A DNA stretch of 63,352 nucleotides, filler included, from Dimargaris cristalligena (lineage: Eukaryota), in assembly GCA_003614675.1 (NCBI GenBank). It is 22 parts of 22 records of this genome, joined end to end, with 100 filler letters (N's around TTAATTAATTAA, not from the genome) between each part and the next. Parts side by side here need not be neighbours in the genome. Positions count along the whole stretch, not along the records: positions 1 to 2,833 come from ML004105.1; positions 2,934 to 5,762 come from ML004106.1; positions 5,863 to 8,682 come from ML004107.1; positions 8,783 to 11,596 come from ML004108.1; positions 11,697 to 14,508 come from ML004109.1; 17 more parts are not named here. One strand, written 5' to 3'. This document shows positions 1-11,927 of the stretch, piece by piece. Position 1 is the first letter of the stretch. The number at the start of each line of letters is the position of its first letter. Made by a program: the position numbers and the translations under genes. The notes under the pieces are model-generated. The model searched no databases. It was not told where the DNA came from and was given only the letters and a program-made list of their open reading frames with translations.

Positions 1-2
1 CC

Positions 3-1838
3 GCCCTGGGCTCCACGTCGGTCAACGGTACCCATACCCCATTGGCCCAACGCGTCATGGCCCGGTCCCAGCCCACTTCTCCGTCCCTAACTCACCTTAT
101 ATTGCCCAACTTGGGAATGCCCAAGCCCTATTGCCTCACTGCACCACTCCGTTCGGGCAGTTCCCTGCTCCCCCTTCAGAGCGGTTCCACCGGGCTATCA
201 GCTCTTCCCATGACACCCGCTCCCACTACCGCATCATCTTCCCCTGTTTTATCTGTGCAGCGTCGCAGCCCTCCCCTCGTAGCAGCCCCCTCCGGAATTG
301 CGGGCGGCCACGCTTCCACGAGTGCCCTGAAACCTATACGGCCGAATGTGCCCACGCCCCCCACCCCCACCGCCCCTACTGCTACCAGATCCAGTTCCAC
401 TGGATCACCAACCCCTCCCGCCACCCTGCTTCCCCGACCTTCCCCTCCCACGCCACTTCCTCTTTCCAAGTCCTCCAGTCTACCGGCGGCCCCAACCCCA
501 CCGGTCTCTGGCCCCAAGCCTCAGCAACCCCTAAAGGTCCTACCCAACCCCAACCCCAACCCCAAGCCTAGTCCCGAGCCCCGGCCGGTAACGGTTGCTC
601 CAAAGAAAACCAGCGAAGTTTTGGGTAGGGCTAAACCCCGTCCGGCCACTCTACCCCCGAAGCTCTCCGCAGTGAAAGCAGTCACCCCGGCCGCTCGCCC
701 TCGCCTAGGTAGTTCCGCCTCCACCTCCTCTTCCGCATCCGCCAAGAAACCCCTGACCCTGCCGTCCAAAACAACGATCAAGGACGCCAAAATCTCCATT
801 GATTTTAAATCCAGTCTTGCCAATATCCTTTTGTCATCCAAAGGCCTGGAGGGAAAGATCGATAGTAATTTCCACCCGTCCAACTATGAAGAGTTTTTCA
901 AGTCTCGCCCATCAGTGTTGGACAGTATATCCCCGTTGCTTCAAAATTCAGCCCTATATAAGGGGATAGCATCATCACTGGCGTCAACCGCGCGGAGTAC
1001 GCTACTGGCGTCTTATGGTATCAAATCCGCCACCGCCTCCGCCTCCTCTTCCGTTAAAACCGCACCGCCCACCCCGGGGAACAGTGCCGACAAACTGAAA
1101 GTTCCCGTGCCCACTCAAGAATCCTCAACCAACACCAAGGCCATGCGAGTGACCCCTCCTACCCTGAAGCAGAAGCCCGCAGAGAATCCCCCCATCGCCA
1201 CCATTAAATCAGCAAATTCTGTGAAGCCTACTCCGAAAAAAGCCGCACCTACGCTCACGAAATCTAAACCGGCTCGAGCCCCGCCAACGAAGACTGCTCC
1301 CAAATCCGTCTCCCCGGTGCCTAGCAGCGACTCTTCCCCGCCCACCAAACCCGTTGCAACTCGCAAGCCCGTCAAGAAATCCGCACCCGCCGCCCTTTCA
1401 CCTGCACCTACTCCTCCCCCTGTCGTCTCCCCACCCTCTTGTACACCGGCTCCTCCCACTAGCGATACTGAAACTCGGCGCGTCCCCTCCCCGATTCCCC
1501 TTGCCCCAAAGGCAGTGAAGCCGCCGCCAGCTACAGTACTGCAGCCGCCCGTACCGATACCAACTCCCGTACCCGTGCCTGTTCGTTCGGCCACACCCGC
1601 CCCTATGGAGATTGATAACCTTCATGCGCCTGAAAGTTTGCCAGAGATCCCCGAAGGGGTATATTGCTGCCAAATCGAAGGCTGTTCTGCTCCGCAGTTT
1701 TCAACATTGATTGAGCTGGCCCAGCACCTGGAGTTGTCCCACCCCCTGCACTTGGTGATGGAGGCATCCCGAATTCAGAATGCCTTGCCCCCCTTCGTAG
1801 TCGGGGTTGTTAATTTTCCCTGGGCAAATGCTGGCTGA
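3..1838 (+). CDS. 5'-partial Pro/Ser/Thr/Lys-rich disordered protein with a C-terminal C2H2-type zinc finger
   Basis: The frame is open from the contig start (position 3) to TGA at 1838. The C-terminus has CQIEGC-x13-HLELSH and is followed by an AT-rich 3' region. Confidence 0.7.
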   Translation, partial: ALGSTSVNGTHTPLAQRVMARSQPTSPSLTHLILPNLGMPKPYCLTAPLRSGSSLLPLQSGSTGLSALPMTPAPTTASSSPVLSVQRRSPPLVAAPSGIAGGHASTSALKPIRPNVPTPPTPTAPTATRSSSTGSPTPPATLLPRPSPPTPLPLSKSSSLPAAPTPPVSGPKPQQPLKVLPNPNPNPKPSPEPRPVTVAPKKTSEVLGRAKPRPATLPPKLSAVKAVTPAARPRLGSSASTSSSASAKKPLTLPSKTTIKDAKISIDFKSSLANILLSSKGLEGKIDSNFHPSNYEEFFKSRPSVLDSISPLLQNSALYKGIASSLASTARSTLLASYGIKSATASASSSVKTAPPTPGNSADKLKVPVPTQESSTNTKAMRVTPPTLKQKPAENPPIATIKSANSVKPTPKKAAPTLTKSKPARAPPTKTAPKSVSPVPSSDSSPPTKPVATRKPVKKSAPAALSPAPTPPPVVSPPSCTPAPPTSDTETRRVPSPIPLAPKAVKPPPATVLQPPVPIPTPVPVPVRSATPAPMEIDNLHAPESLPEIPEGVYCCQIEGCSAPQFSTLIELAQHLELSHPLHLVMEASRIQNALPPFVVGVVNFPWANAG

Positions 1839-2833
1839 TTTTGCCTGCAGAGAGCGGACCCACTCTCACTATGCCGCCGAGAAAGAAGCGGCCAACTCGG
1901 CCCCTTTCCCCCTGGCGGTCGCCCATGTCACTGCATTTTCACCCTATGTATATCAAGCTGATTTTGGCATTTTATTATTTCTATTAGCATAATATAGAAA
2001 ATTCCTAATTCAATAAACTTACTATTTCATTATTAGACGTCAACGGATTGTGTGCTTGTTGGGACGCTCGAATACTCAGTTGTTTAGAGTTAACCTTAGG
2101 CCTTAACTCGCTGAAAAAATATACAGGATCACAACGATGCACTCGTTTTATAGAACAGTAAATGTTAGCTGGGGGCCTCGGAATAAGGGAGTAGATGTGG
2201 ATGACATTCCGCCCAGCTAAGAATAGTAGAATCTATTTACTGATTAGGAGTTTTTCCAATGAAAAATAGATGGTCCGCTAACATAATCAGTGTAATATAT
2301 TACCCAGATTTTGGTCTAATTGGGCCAAGGTAACCCTGAATATTCTTGTTAATCAATTGGTTTTCTCGGGAGTAATGTTAGCATACTAGATAGGGTTGGC
2401 ATTAACAATCCATGGCGGTGATATATAATACGGAAATACGTATAGTGGTTACTGGTATTGGTGGCTAACGGAAGGCACAATAGGGTTGCCTGATAGTCAA
2501 ATTTAAGTATAGGGCCAATTAGAACCATATGGGGATGGGCTTCATCAGGATGTAAATCGAGAAATCTGATTCATGAGGAGATGTCACTTGTAAAAGCAAT
2601 ACCTCATCATTTTAACCGTACGCGTGCCGCTTCAAACAGCATGTAATTATGTTGAATTTCGCCTGTACAGCAATAGTTTTAGAAATATACCATGGTAGCG
2701 GCGTAAAATAATGCACTTCCAGATTAAACGTCAATCGAGCCATTCTGGGAGTTTAGATCGAATGCTTACATTATAGACGTAGGAACTTTTTCAGCATTCA
2801 CTCCTTCATCTTTAAAATCGCCCTATTATCCAG

Positions 2834-2933
2834 NNNNNNNNNNNNNNNNNNNNNNNNNNNNNNNNNNNNNNNNNNNNTTAATTAATTAANNNNNNNNNNN
2901 NNNNNNNNNNNNNNNNNNNNNNNNNNNNNNNNN
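2834..2933. other. Artificial contig linker N44-TTAATTAATTAA-N44 (first of 21)
   Basis: An identical 100-nt spacer with stops in all six frames starts at 2834, 5763, 8683, 11597, 14509, 17418, 20325, 23120, 26016, 28910, 31804, 34697, 37586, 40471, 43351, 46230, 49106, 51980, 54791, 57652 and 60504. Genes are cut at these points. Confidence 0.99.
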
Positions 2934-3601
2934 AATTCAAATATTACCATGGATGTAGTAAATGCGAATCCCGACAAACCATGGGACTGGGATGTGTTGA
3001 GTTTGAATCCAAACATCACCAGGGATGTTGTAAAAAAGAATCCAGACAAACCATGTCCTTGATAAGTTGGAATCAAAACATTACCATGGACATGGTCAGT
3101 GAGAATCCAGACAAACGATGGAATGATACCATGTTGAGTTGGAATCCAAACATTACCATGGATATGGTTAGTACCAATTTACAGAAGCCGTGGAATTATG
3201 GAAAGCTCAGTTCCAATACAAACATCAACATGGATATAGTGAATGCAAATCCAGAAAAGCCGTGGAATTGGCAAAGCTTGAGTAAGAATAGTAATATTAC
3301 TATGGAAATGGTGAATGGGAATCCAAATGCGCCATGGGATTATTTTGGTATGAGCAGGAATCCGAATCTCACAGTACAAATGTTCAAGGCGAATCCAGAC
3401 AAGCAATGGGATAATGACTATCTTTCTAATAATGACTTTAACTATGAGAAAAAACGATTACCGTTAGTATCTAAACAACATCGCAAGCTATTGGGCAAAC
3501 TACATAATGTCTTTGATATGCCACCGAGTTGCGACTCTCGTGCGATTTTCAAAAAAGGCGGAAAGGATTTCATGAAAGCATGGATGCATTTATGTCGGTA
3601 A
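2934..3601 (+). pseudogene. 5'-partial 24-aa tandem-repeat protein (NPDKPWxWxxLSxNPNITMDxVxx), giant-virus-like, frameshifted near 3055
   Basis: The frame from 2934 reads NSNITMDVVNA-NPDKPWDWDVLSLNPNITRDVVKK-NPDKP then stops at 3060-3062. The repeats resume in another frame at 3056 (SLISWNQNITMDMVSE-NPDKRWND...). About 7 units in total; the register implies a 7-nt deletion in unit 3. Confidence 0.75.
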
Positions 3602-3637
3602 AAGGATGAGGTTTCGCCTAGCTTCTTCATGGCTAAA

Positions 3638-4405
3638 TTATTGAATGTCAGCGCATATTTCCATTTTAATGCAAGAGCAGTAATGAAAGTTTTTTTGAAA
3701 GTTTTTTCCATTGAGTGTGTTCTTCGATTCAGAATCAGCGTTGTTTGGAGTCGACTTGAGGCCATTTTCGTTAAACCGAGTTTCCAAAGGTTTTGATTTG
3801 TCGGTTAGAAAGTTATTGAGAGTATCCGGGTTATAAGAACATTTCAGCACGATTTTTTTATCCGATTCAAAAAGATTTACCAAGGAGTCATCCTCTGTTG
3901 TGATCTTTACTGTGAAATGTTGAAAGTTTGCATTTAAATACGATAAATACGTTTGTGAACAATTGGATAAAATGTTCACATACTTGATTTTGTCAGTATG
4001 TGGGCATTTCTTTCTAACACATTGTTTTCAGATTTTATTTATCGATGAAAATATTTCTGAAAACGCGTGGAATATTTTTTCACTCTTCATTTCCTGCTTT
4101 TCGATATGTTTTTTTTTTGCGACGATTTACTGGATAACTTTTTCTTTCTGAGGCTTGATCTACGTGATCGACGCTTCATCAACGTCCTCCCGCCAACAGT
4201 TGAATTTCTAGGACTGTTGTGAAAAAAGAGTCGGACAGAAATGATTTTCGTCTAAACTGCTCGATATCAAAATTTGTCTACTGGACGAAGGCGAATAGGG
4301 AACTTCTTGATTGACCATGTACTGTTTTCTTTCTGCCGGTGTCATGAACATCAGATGATATTCTTTCCATATTTCTTCTCTTGTCATACGTTCTTGACCA
4401 GGCAT
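3638..4405 (-). pseudogene. Possible decayed Lys/Glu-rich ORF (ORFs 4208-4405 and 3638-3979 are in the same frame)
   Basis: Reading through gives protein-like KFNCWREDVDEASIT*IKPQKEKVIQ*IVAKKKHIEKQEMKSEKIFHAFSEIFSSINKI*KQCVRKK. Stops are at 4208 (TAG), 4160 (TAG), 4127 (TAA) and 4028 (TGA), each one C-to-T from Gln/Arg. This stop density is not clearly below random. Confidence 0.4.
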
Positions 4406-4610
4406 TTTTTAGCTGCCTAATACACTTTCTCAAACTTTTCACGTTTTGCATCAGTTTTCAATTTTTTATAATGGTATAAGTGTTCTGCGTCCCATTTTTC
4501 CTCGTCAGTGTTGATTCCCCATCTTTGTAAAACTCATCTCGTTTTTCTAACTCATCCAACATGACAGAAAGTTTTCTTTTAACTGTACCTTGTCTTTTTA
4601 TTGTTTCGGA

Positions 4611-5708
4611 ACTTTTTTTAAACATTTCAAGTATCTAATAATTGTCCACAAATTAATAATCGTTATCAATAGAAACACTTTTTCGATCGCCTCAAATTAT
4701 TAATAATTGTTATCAATAGAAATTGTTACTGATTGTTACAGTTACTGATTGATGTAAACGTCCCCTCTGCCAAAAATTGCGCATTGATAAGGAAGTCCTG
4801 TTATATTTATTTGCAACAAACCTTGAGAATTCTCGGAGCGCATGTCACGCAACTGGATGAAAAAAATCCCGAAACATTTCAAGGATTTTAGACTCTATCC
4901 GTGAAAATACCCAATCGATTGATGAACAGAAGGATCAGTTCAATACGGTGAAAAGAGATATTGCTTTACTCAAAAAGCAGTGCCTCATTGTGATTTATGA
5001 CGAAATGTCCGCCGATCAGTCATCTTAATTCAAGAGTTTCGAGTAAGAAACTATACTGCGCAAATGATTCAAAAACATTGTGAAAACTGTTGTGTAAGAC
5101 GATTTGCAAATAAGTTGTTGTAAGAAACGTACATTTCTGAAAAATTATAGGTGACGCCCTGGCATTGCTTTACAAAACAATCCCTCAAACTGGGTTGGTA
5201 TTCTAGTCGAATGATGTGAATTCGGGAACACCAGACGATCAAACAATAAAATCTTTTGTAGCAAAAGGCAATTCTTTTGGTTTCATCTTGTCAAAAGCTC
5301 AGACAACGGACAACCTTTTGGGGTCTTTAACAATATCAGTGATCAACTCTGATTGGATAACATCTACAGATCATAACTCGATCTTGACAACGACTCTGGA
5401 ATGGTTTCCCGCGTACATATCGCTAACCGGAGTCACAAGTTCCATAACTCTTTCTTCTCAAGGTTTGTTGCAAATAAATATAACAGGACTTGCTTATCAA
5501 TGTGCAATTTTTGGCAGAGGGGATGTTTACATTAATCAATAACTGGAAAAATTACATGCTTTCTGTGCTACCAATGCGGTTTTTGATGAACAATTTCTTT
5601 TGATAACAATAATTAATAATTTGAGGTGATCGATTAAAATTGTTTCTATTGATAACAATGATTGATTTGTTGACAATTTTTAGATACTTGAAATGTCTAA
5701 AAAAAATT
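4611..5708. repeat. ~120-bp inverted repeat pair (4611-4727 and 5589-5708), each ending in GATACTTGAA-ATG pointing outward
   Basis: The reverse complement of 5589-5708 aligns to 4611-4727 with about a dozen differences. Each copy contains a duplicated GTTATCAATAGAAA-like motif. The ATGs are at 4625 (-) and 5693 (+). Confidence 0.85.
5216..5542 (+). CDS. Hypothetical Ser/Thr/Ile-rich protein fragment on the virus-like contig
   Basis: 108-codon open frame with no ATG start. The frame extends upstream past an in-frame TAG at 5204-5206, so it may be a pseudogene. Confidence 0.4.
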   Translation: MNSGTPDDQTIKSFVAKGNSFGFILSKAQTTDNLLGSLTISVINSDWITSTDHNSILTTTLEWFPAYISLTGVTSSITLSSQGLLQINITGLAYQCAIFGRGDVYINQ

Positions 5709-6703
5709 CGATCACTGCTCGCGGCACAAAATGTCCGGTCCTTTGGGCTGACCAAGGGGGTGNNNNNNNNNNNNNNNNNNNNNNNNNNNNNNNNNNNNNN
5801 NNNNNNTTAATTAATTAANNNNNNNNNNNNNNNNNNNNNNNNNNNNNNNNNNNNNNNNNNNNACTCTTCGCCACTCTCACCCGCCTAATATCACTTCCGC
5901 GGTAGCATGGGTCGGTGTTTCATACAACGGGGATGGAAAATATATAGTCCCAGCCATGGGTGAGCAGCGGGGGACAAAGGTGTGTGTGTGAACCTGAGAA
6001 AATAAATGAGGATATACCAAGCCAAATAGATAAGGAATGGCGTAGATAGGTAGGCCGGTAGGTGGTATTTTTCTCGCAAGTGTCAGAGTGGCCGGCTCGT
6101 CTAATTATTCCGGACCCTGCCGAGCACATGCCTCCAGCTCCATTAGGCCTAATCGAGATGGAACACATACACTGTCACCACTATTGTCGCTAAACTTGTC
6201 CTTTCTATTGGCCCTTTCAGCGGATGCCGTCGTTGCTATACCACCGAGTAGTTGACCCTTCTTGGTCTTGTTGCTACAACTCCTTTTTTATGCTCTCCTT
6301 TTGCTATATTATTCTCGCCTGAGTCCTCTCTCCTCCACTTCCTTTCCCCTATATCATTCTCTGCTTCTCCATTTCCCCCACCAGTCCTGCCGAATCGCTC
6401 ATATCGGTTTACCCTATTGCCCCCTCATCTGTTTCACCCCCTCTCCTTCTGTCCGTGACTTGTAAGTAAAAATCTTGGATGTGCCTTTCCCCTATTTGCG
6501 AACCCTTCCGCCCTCATATCGGCTACACAGTAGGCCCTCTGATGAGATTGAGAAGGGCAATGCTCGGAACCCACCACCGGGACGGTCTCCCTCTATTCCT
6601 TACTAATGCATTCACCTATGCTATGGCACATTACCAATACCTCCGCTCCCGCTACAGTCTGATCGGTCCCCTTGGCTTCCCTTGAATTGGCCGTCTTTCC
6701 GCG

Positions 6704-8682
6704 ATGCCGTTCGTCATGAACCATAATAATCGGGTAGCTTGTGTGGTAAGTAGCGATTAATTATTAGGCTTTATTTATCGACGTAATTTCCGGACATATT
6801 GCCCACTATTGAGTCACCGACAGTCCACTATGGCCTGTAGTGACTGCCATGCCATGCTATACTATACTAAATTTTCCTTGCAACTCCCCACCAACACTCC
6901 ACTCATTTGTATATATCCATTTTTACCACCTCTGTGTGTATGCTCTCACGTGGCTTGTAACCACCCCCCCCCCTCCCCTCCTTATTCACTGCCGGCTATG
7001 ATGTCCAAATAGATGGTTGGACTACCAGCACGGGGCAAGACCTACATCGCCCAAAAAGGTGAGTTCCACAGCCGGTCTCTGGCCATTGGTGATTTTCCCT
7101 AGTAGCTGGGGTGATAAATAACATCGTCTGTAGCGTACTATTTCCCTACTACCAACCCTCCCATGACATAATTCCCTCAACTATATACTCACGCTCACTT
7201 ACACCAATCTGACCATAATCGAATATTGCCCTCCTTTTCCTCATCTCATAGTGTGTCGGTACCTCCAATGGGTGGGTATCCAAACCAAAGTGTTCAACGT
7301 GGGAAACTACCGGCGCCAACTAACCGGTGCCCAAACCGACCATTCCTTCTTTGATCCCCACAATGAGGAGGCCTCCCAACTCCGCCTCCAGTGTGCCATT
7401 GAGGCCCTAAATGATATGCTGCGCTGGTTCAAAAAGGATCACGGCGTAGTCGGGATTTACGACGCCACTAATTCCACCGCCAGCCGCCGGCGTCTCCTCC
7501 GCGAGCGACTGGAAGCCGCTGACATCCAGGTCATGTTTATTGAGTCCGTGTGCGATGCCGAGGACATTGTCCTGCGTAACATTATGCAAGTCAAGCTCAA
7601 CTCACCCGACTACGCCGACGGAGTCGAATCGGAAACTATCGTCAATGACTTCCGCGCCCGCATCGAGCACTACGAGGGGGTCTACGAACCCGTTACCGAG
7701 GATGAGTCCACCTTCGTCAAAATGGTCAATGTGGGTAGTAAGGTCATCATCAACCGCATCTGCGGCTATCTCCAAAGTCGGGTGGTGTACTATTTGATGA
7801 ACCTCCACATTGTGCCCCGAGCCATTTTCTTTAGCCGGCACGGCGAGAGTATGTACAACGTACTGGGCAAGCTGGGGGGCGACTCCGACCTTAGCCCCCG
7901 GGGTCGCAAGTACTCCGAAGCCCTTCCAGGCTTAATTTCCAAGCACCTGGATGGCCAAAACTTGACTGTCTGGACATCCACCATGCGCCGCACCATCCAA
8001 ACCGGCCAACACTTACCTTACCCTAAACTACAATGGAAAGCTCTAGACGAACTAGACGCGGGCGTATGCGACGGCCTTACCTACGAAGATGTCGAGCAAC
8101 AGTACCCCGAGGATTTCGCCCTCCGGGATGATGACAAATTCAACTACCGGTACCGCGGCGGTGAATCCTACCGGGACGTGGTGCTCCGTTTAGAGCCGGT
8201 CATCATGGAACTCGAGCGTCAGCACAACATTCTCATTGTCGGTCACCAGGCCATTCTGCGCTGCATCTACGCGTACTACCTCAATTACTCACACGAAGAA
8301 TTGCCGTATATTAAAATTCCGCTACATACCGTGCTGAAGCTGACCCCGCGCGCCTATGGATGTGATGTAGAGCAATACAAATTTGACATCGAGGCCGTCG
8401 ATACTTACCGTGCGAATCCTAAACGTCCGTCGTCGCTTAAGCGAGTGGGTGCCCATACCCCCACTACGTCGTCAGTGGGAGGCAGTGCGCCTTACAAACG
8501 CCCCCCAACGATGTCCGCGTCATCATCGGTCACTTCCGGCGGTGGCAGCGTGAGTAACATCCTAGGCGGGGGTGTTACGGGTGCATTTCAAGTGCCGACC
8601 TCCGTGCGTAATAACAACCTCCCACCCCATGCCAATACTCTGATTGGGGTATCCCCACCCGTCAGTGACCTCCCCCGGGTGG
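6704..8682 (+). CDS. 6-phosphofructo-2-kinase/fructose-2,6-bisphosphatase, 3'-partial; exons 6704-6745, 7013-7058, 7252-8682
   Basis: Introns GTAAGT...TAG (6746-7012) and GTGAGT...TAG (7059-7251) join in frame to give MVGLPARGKTYIAQKVCRYLQW (P-loop). Also present are FNVGNYRR, YDATNST, the phosphatase RHGES motif and YRYRGGESY. Confidence 0.95.
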
Positions 8683-11600
8683 NNNNNNNNNNNNNNNNNN
8701 NNNNNNNNNNNNNNNNNNNNNNNNNNTTAATTAATTAANNNNNNNNNNNNNNNNNNNNNNNNNNNNNNNNNNNNNNNNNNNNCAAGATGAGCAGCAATTA
8801 TTGGGAAACAGTGGTTTACTTGGGTGATCCTTGGGGTAATAAGTTCAAGGTGAGTTGCGAAGACTGGGAAAGTGGCTCAATAAAGAGCTTGGCTTTATTA
8901 CCGTTGATTATATGGCTATGGGGCTTTGTTTCTTCCAGAAAGTCAGGGCCCAGGTGAAAATTCGTAGAACGTCTGAGGTCCAAATTTTCGGGGGTTTTTT
9001 TGGAGGGAGACGATGTGGACTTTGATAGCGTGTGAATCTTTACTATTTCAGAAATGAATAGGCTGATGGTCTAGAGACTCGGCTGTTTCTCCCGTTTCCC
9101 AACCGGTGATTCAAAAACCAATAGACCCAATTGTGGAGGGATGCGCGATTTCGGATGTTTCCAAATTTATAGAGCACCGGTGTGTTTGGTCACGCGCAGT
9201 GTTCTGGTCTTGAGGGGGGGGGGGATGTCGGCAAACGTAGCGGGGTCTGTAGATTTTCTTGCAAAATATTAGTCGGAAGTCGCTAGTTGATGCGGGACAG
9301 GGGGGTGAAGGTTGGTAGTAAAATTCAAAATGATGAGGGGGCTGGTACCTATCGTGACCTTATGACCAATGCACTATAGTAGCTAATGTCCGTGTTTTTC
9401 TAGTAGTAATTAAAAACGGTTAGTGTCGATTGCAGAACTTGATGAGTACCTCTGGATAAGGGTATGGTCACTATAAGGGAAGATCAAATCAACTGAACAA
9501 TAAAAACCCCGCTTGCTGAGTTGAGGTTAGCTGGCTACAGGTAAACATCCTACACATTTTACCATATCCATGTCATCCGAAACTATAAATAGTTATGGAG
9601 AACTTCACTCTCACCCTTGGGCCTATCAATCCAATTGAGAATTTTGGAAATAAGCAACGATCCTTCTAGCCAATATCGGCAATTCACTGTGGGAAAACTT
9701 AATTCTTTTGGGGTCGGGGTAAGTGGGTTAGGATACGACTATGAACAACCGTGGGTGACGGTGGTATATCTTTAAAGATGAATAGCCAGAGATCGTATAA
9801 GCGTTAACCAGGCCTATACCGTTTATAACACATGATGGTGCAGGTTTCGAGAAATATTAGTAGCGTAGTCAGGTGACACTTGAAAGTTAAGGCAGCTGAT
9901 AGGGGCTCCGAATTTCCCCCCGCAGCCTAAAAGACTACGGTAAAGGGTCGATGCTAACTCACTGGCGCACCAACTCCTTCAAGTGCTGTAGTACCTGCTT
10001 TCTAGCTTTTCGTATAGCCCACCGCATTTTATGTCTGCTTTAATCCAACTGTATGTCCCGAGAGGTGTAATTCCAGAACCTCTATTAGTAAGAATGTGGT
10101 ATTGCTCTGCTGATGGAACGATAACCTGAGTATGAATGGGCTATTTGAAAGGCTAAGCCATATAGTTGGTCTGTGGTGGAGGGCCGGGACATATCGATGT
10201 GTCATAAAGCAGAACAAAAGGCCTTAATGAGTAAGATATGGAGGACATGCTAGCGTCCAGTCTTTTCACCACCCATTTCCCCAATACTATGTACTTTTTG
10301 ACCATTCTTTAATGTTTCAGATACTATGCGCGCGAGAAAAAAAAACTAAAGAAAGTATGAAAGATTTAAACTGATCCATAACTGGGGCATTAAGTGTTGT
10401 ACAGTGGCTTCAAGAATACTCCACTAGTTACCCAAAGGAGGCGTATACTCACTAACCCGCGCCCTCTTCGTCGTTTTATTAAGACGAAGGCGCCATCGCT
10501 AAGGGCTGGTACCCCCTCTGCTCCCGACTAGATGATTTTGGTTATAAGTCCGCTGGTCGTAAGATGTTAGGTTTACAACTTTAATTGGGATTCCTGTCCA
10601 ATCTTTAATTTCAACCAATTCAGTGTTCGAGTGCCTCTCCGCGTATTCGCTCCCAGTTGCTGCTTTGGTACCACTATAGTCTCACTCGGTCTGATTTTCT
10701 CAATTAGTATTGACCCTCCGATGAATAAAAATCTAAAACGCAGCGTCCTATTTGCCACAAGCTCCACGTCAGAGCCTTTTTTTCTATTATTTTGAACAGT
10801 TACCAGCTCAAGCCCCATCTGCTTCATTTGGGTGTACCAAGTATGGCGGTGCGAAATTGTGGCTTTGACAGCCCGTCGAGGTCGTACCTGGGATAAAAAT
10901 AGCTGTACAGGGTCGTCTCGCCTGACTACTGGTGTGACCACCGTTGTTCTACTTCTGCCTATCAAGCCATATCAGTGTGGAGCTAAAGTATGGCTGTTTA
11001 CTTTTATTCGCCGATACCCGCCTTTCTTTACTTCAACTTTGCCATCCCCTCCATCGCACTCAAAAGCATGGTGCCATCTCCTTACGCTTGTGGTACTAAT
11101 TAACCCAAATATACTCAGGAGTCTTTCGGACATAGTTGTCGCCATTATTAAAAGCGCCGTTTCTTGCTTCCCTCTCCCTCCACACGCCTGATAAAGTTTC
11201 CTCCGCATCATTGTCAAGTGATCCATGTGCTCCGAAATTCCCCCTTTGGGTTAAGCTGATGGAAGCGATAAACCGCCGCATACGCCCAAAAGTCCGATTT
11301 TGCCTATCAGCTATTTTTACTTGACGCTATCGTAGGAGTGGGACAAAGAATCAGAAAATAATAATAACCGGGCTCGTAATTGGGCACCAATAGACTAAAG
11401 GAGTTTCCTGAATGAGAGCGGTCTGGTTCGGTAGTATTAGCCCATTGCCCTCTTTGGTTGCAATTCCAAAGGAATCCCGCCTGACCTCAGAAGTTAGGAG
11501 GCGATTTTCTTAAAGTGATTCACCGTGAGCCACAGCAACCCATTTTCTGTGGCACCAAGGCGTATTGTAAATAATGGTCATGCTACCAGTCTTGGGNNNN

Positions 11601-11927
11601 NNNNNNNNNNNNNNNNNNNNNNNNNNNNNNNNNNNNNNNNTTAATTAATTAANNNNNNNNNNNNNNNNNNNNNNNNNNNNNNNNNNNNNNNNNNNNAAAG
11701 TAAAGATTCTTTTCTCCACATGTAATCTGTGCAAAATGAACTAAGAAGTATTGGTAATGTCATCTATTCGTGTTTGCTAACTATTACTATTACAATTGTA
11801 TATAGGCATCATTATTGTGGACGGTCGCAGTGTTGGTGTCAGAAGTCGTGAAAGTCAGAGCAATACAAGTCTGGAATTCCAGGTGTTCTGTGAAAATGCC
11901 ATTAATGGATATTGAATGTGATTGTAT

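Noticed and set aside
2878-2889. Recurrent TTAATTAATTAA motif
   Set aside because: It is an artificial six-frame-stop linker between N runs, and ORFs ending in X...LIN are artefacts of it.
3916-3932. AATGTTGAAAGTTTGCA resembling the array core on the other virus-like contig
   Set aside because: It is a single short gapped match inside a probable coding frame in AT-rich DNA and could be chance.
3638-4405. Stop-codon reassignment (alternative genetic code) in the virus-like contig
   Set aside because: All three stop types interrupt the frame, a frameshift is also present nearby, and the sister contig uses TAA and TGA as normal stops. Decay or non-coding sequence explains it better.
8783-11596. 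Short ORFs on this contig, and likewise on 14609-17417 and 40571-42880
   Set aside because: I found no recognisable domains, codon bias or splice structure that I can support, so they are left unannotated.
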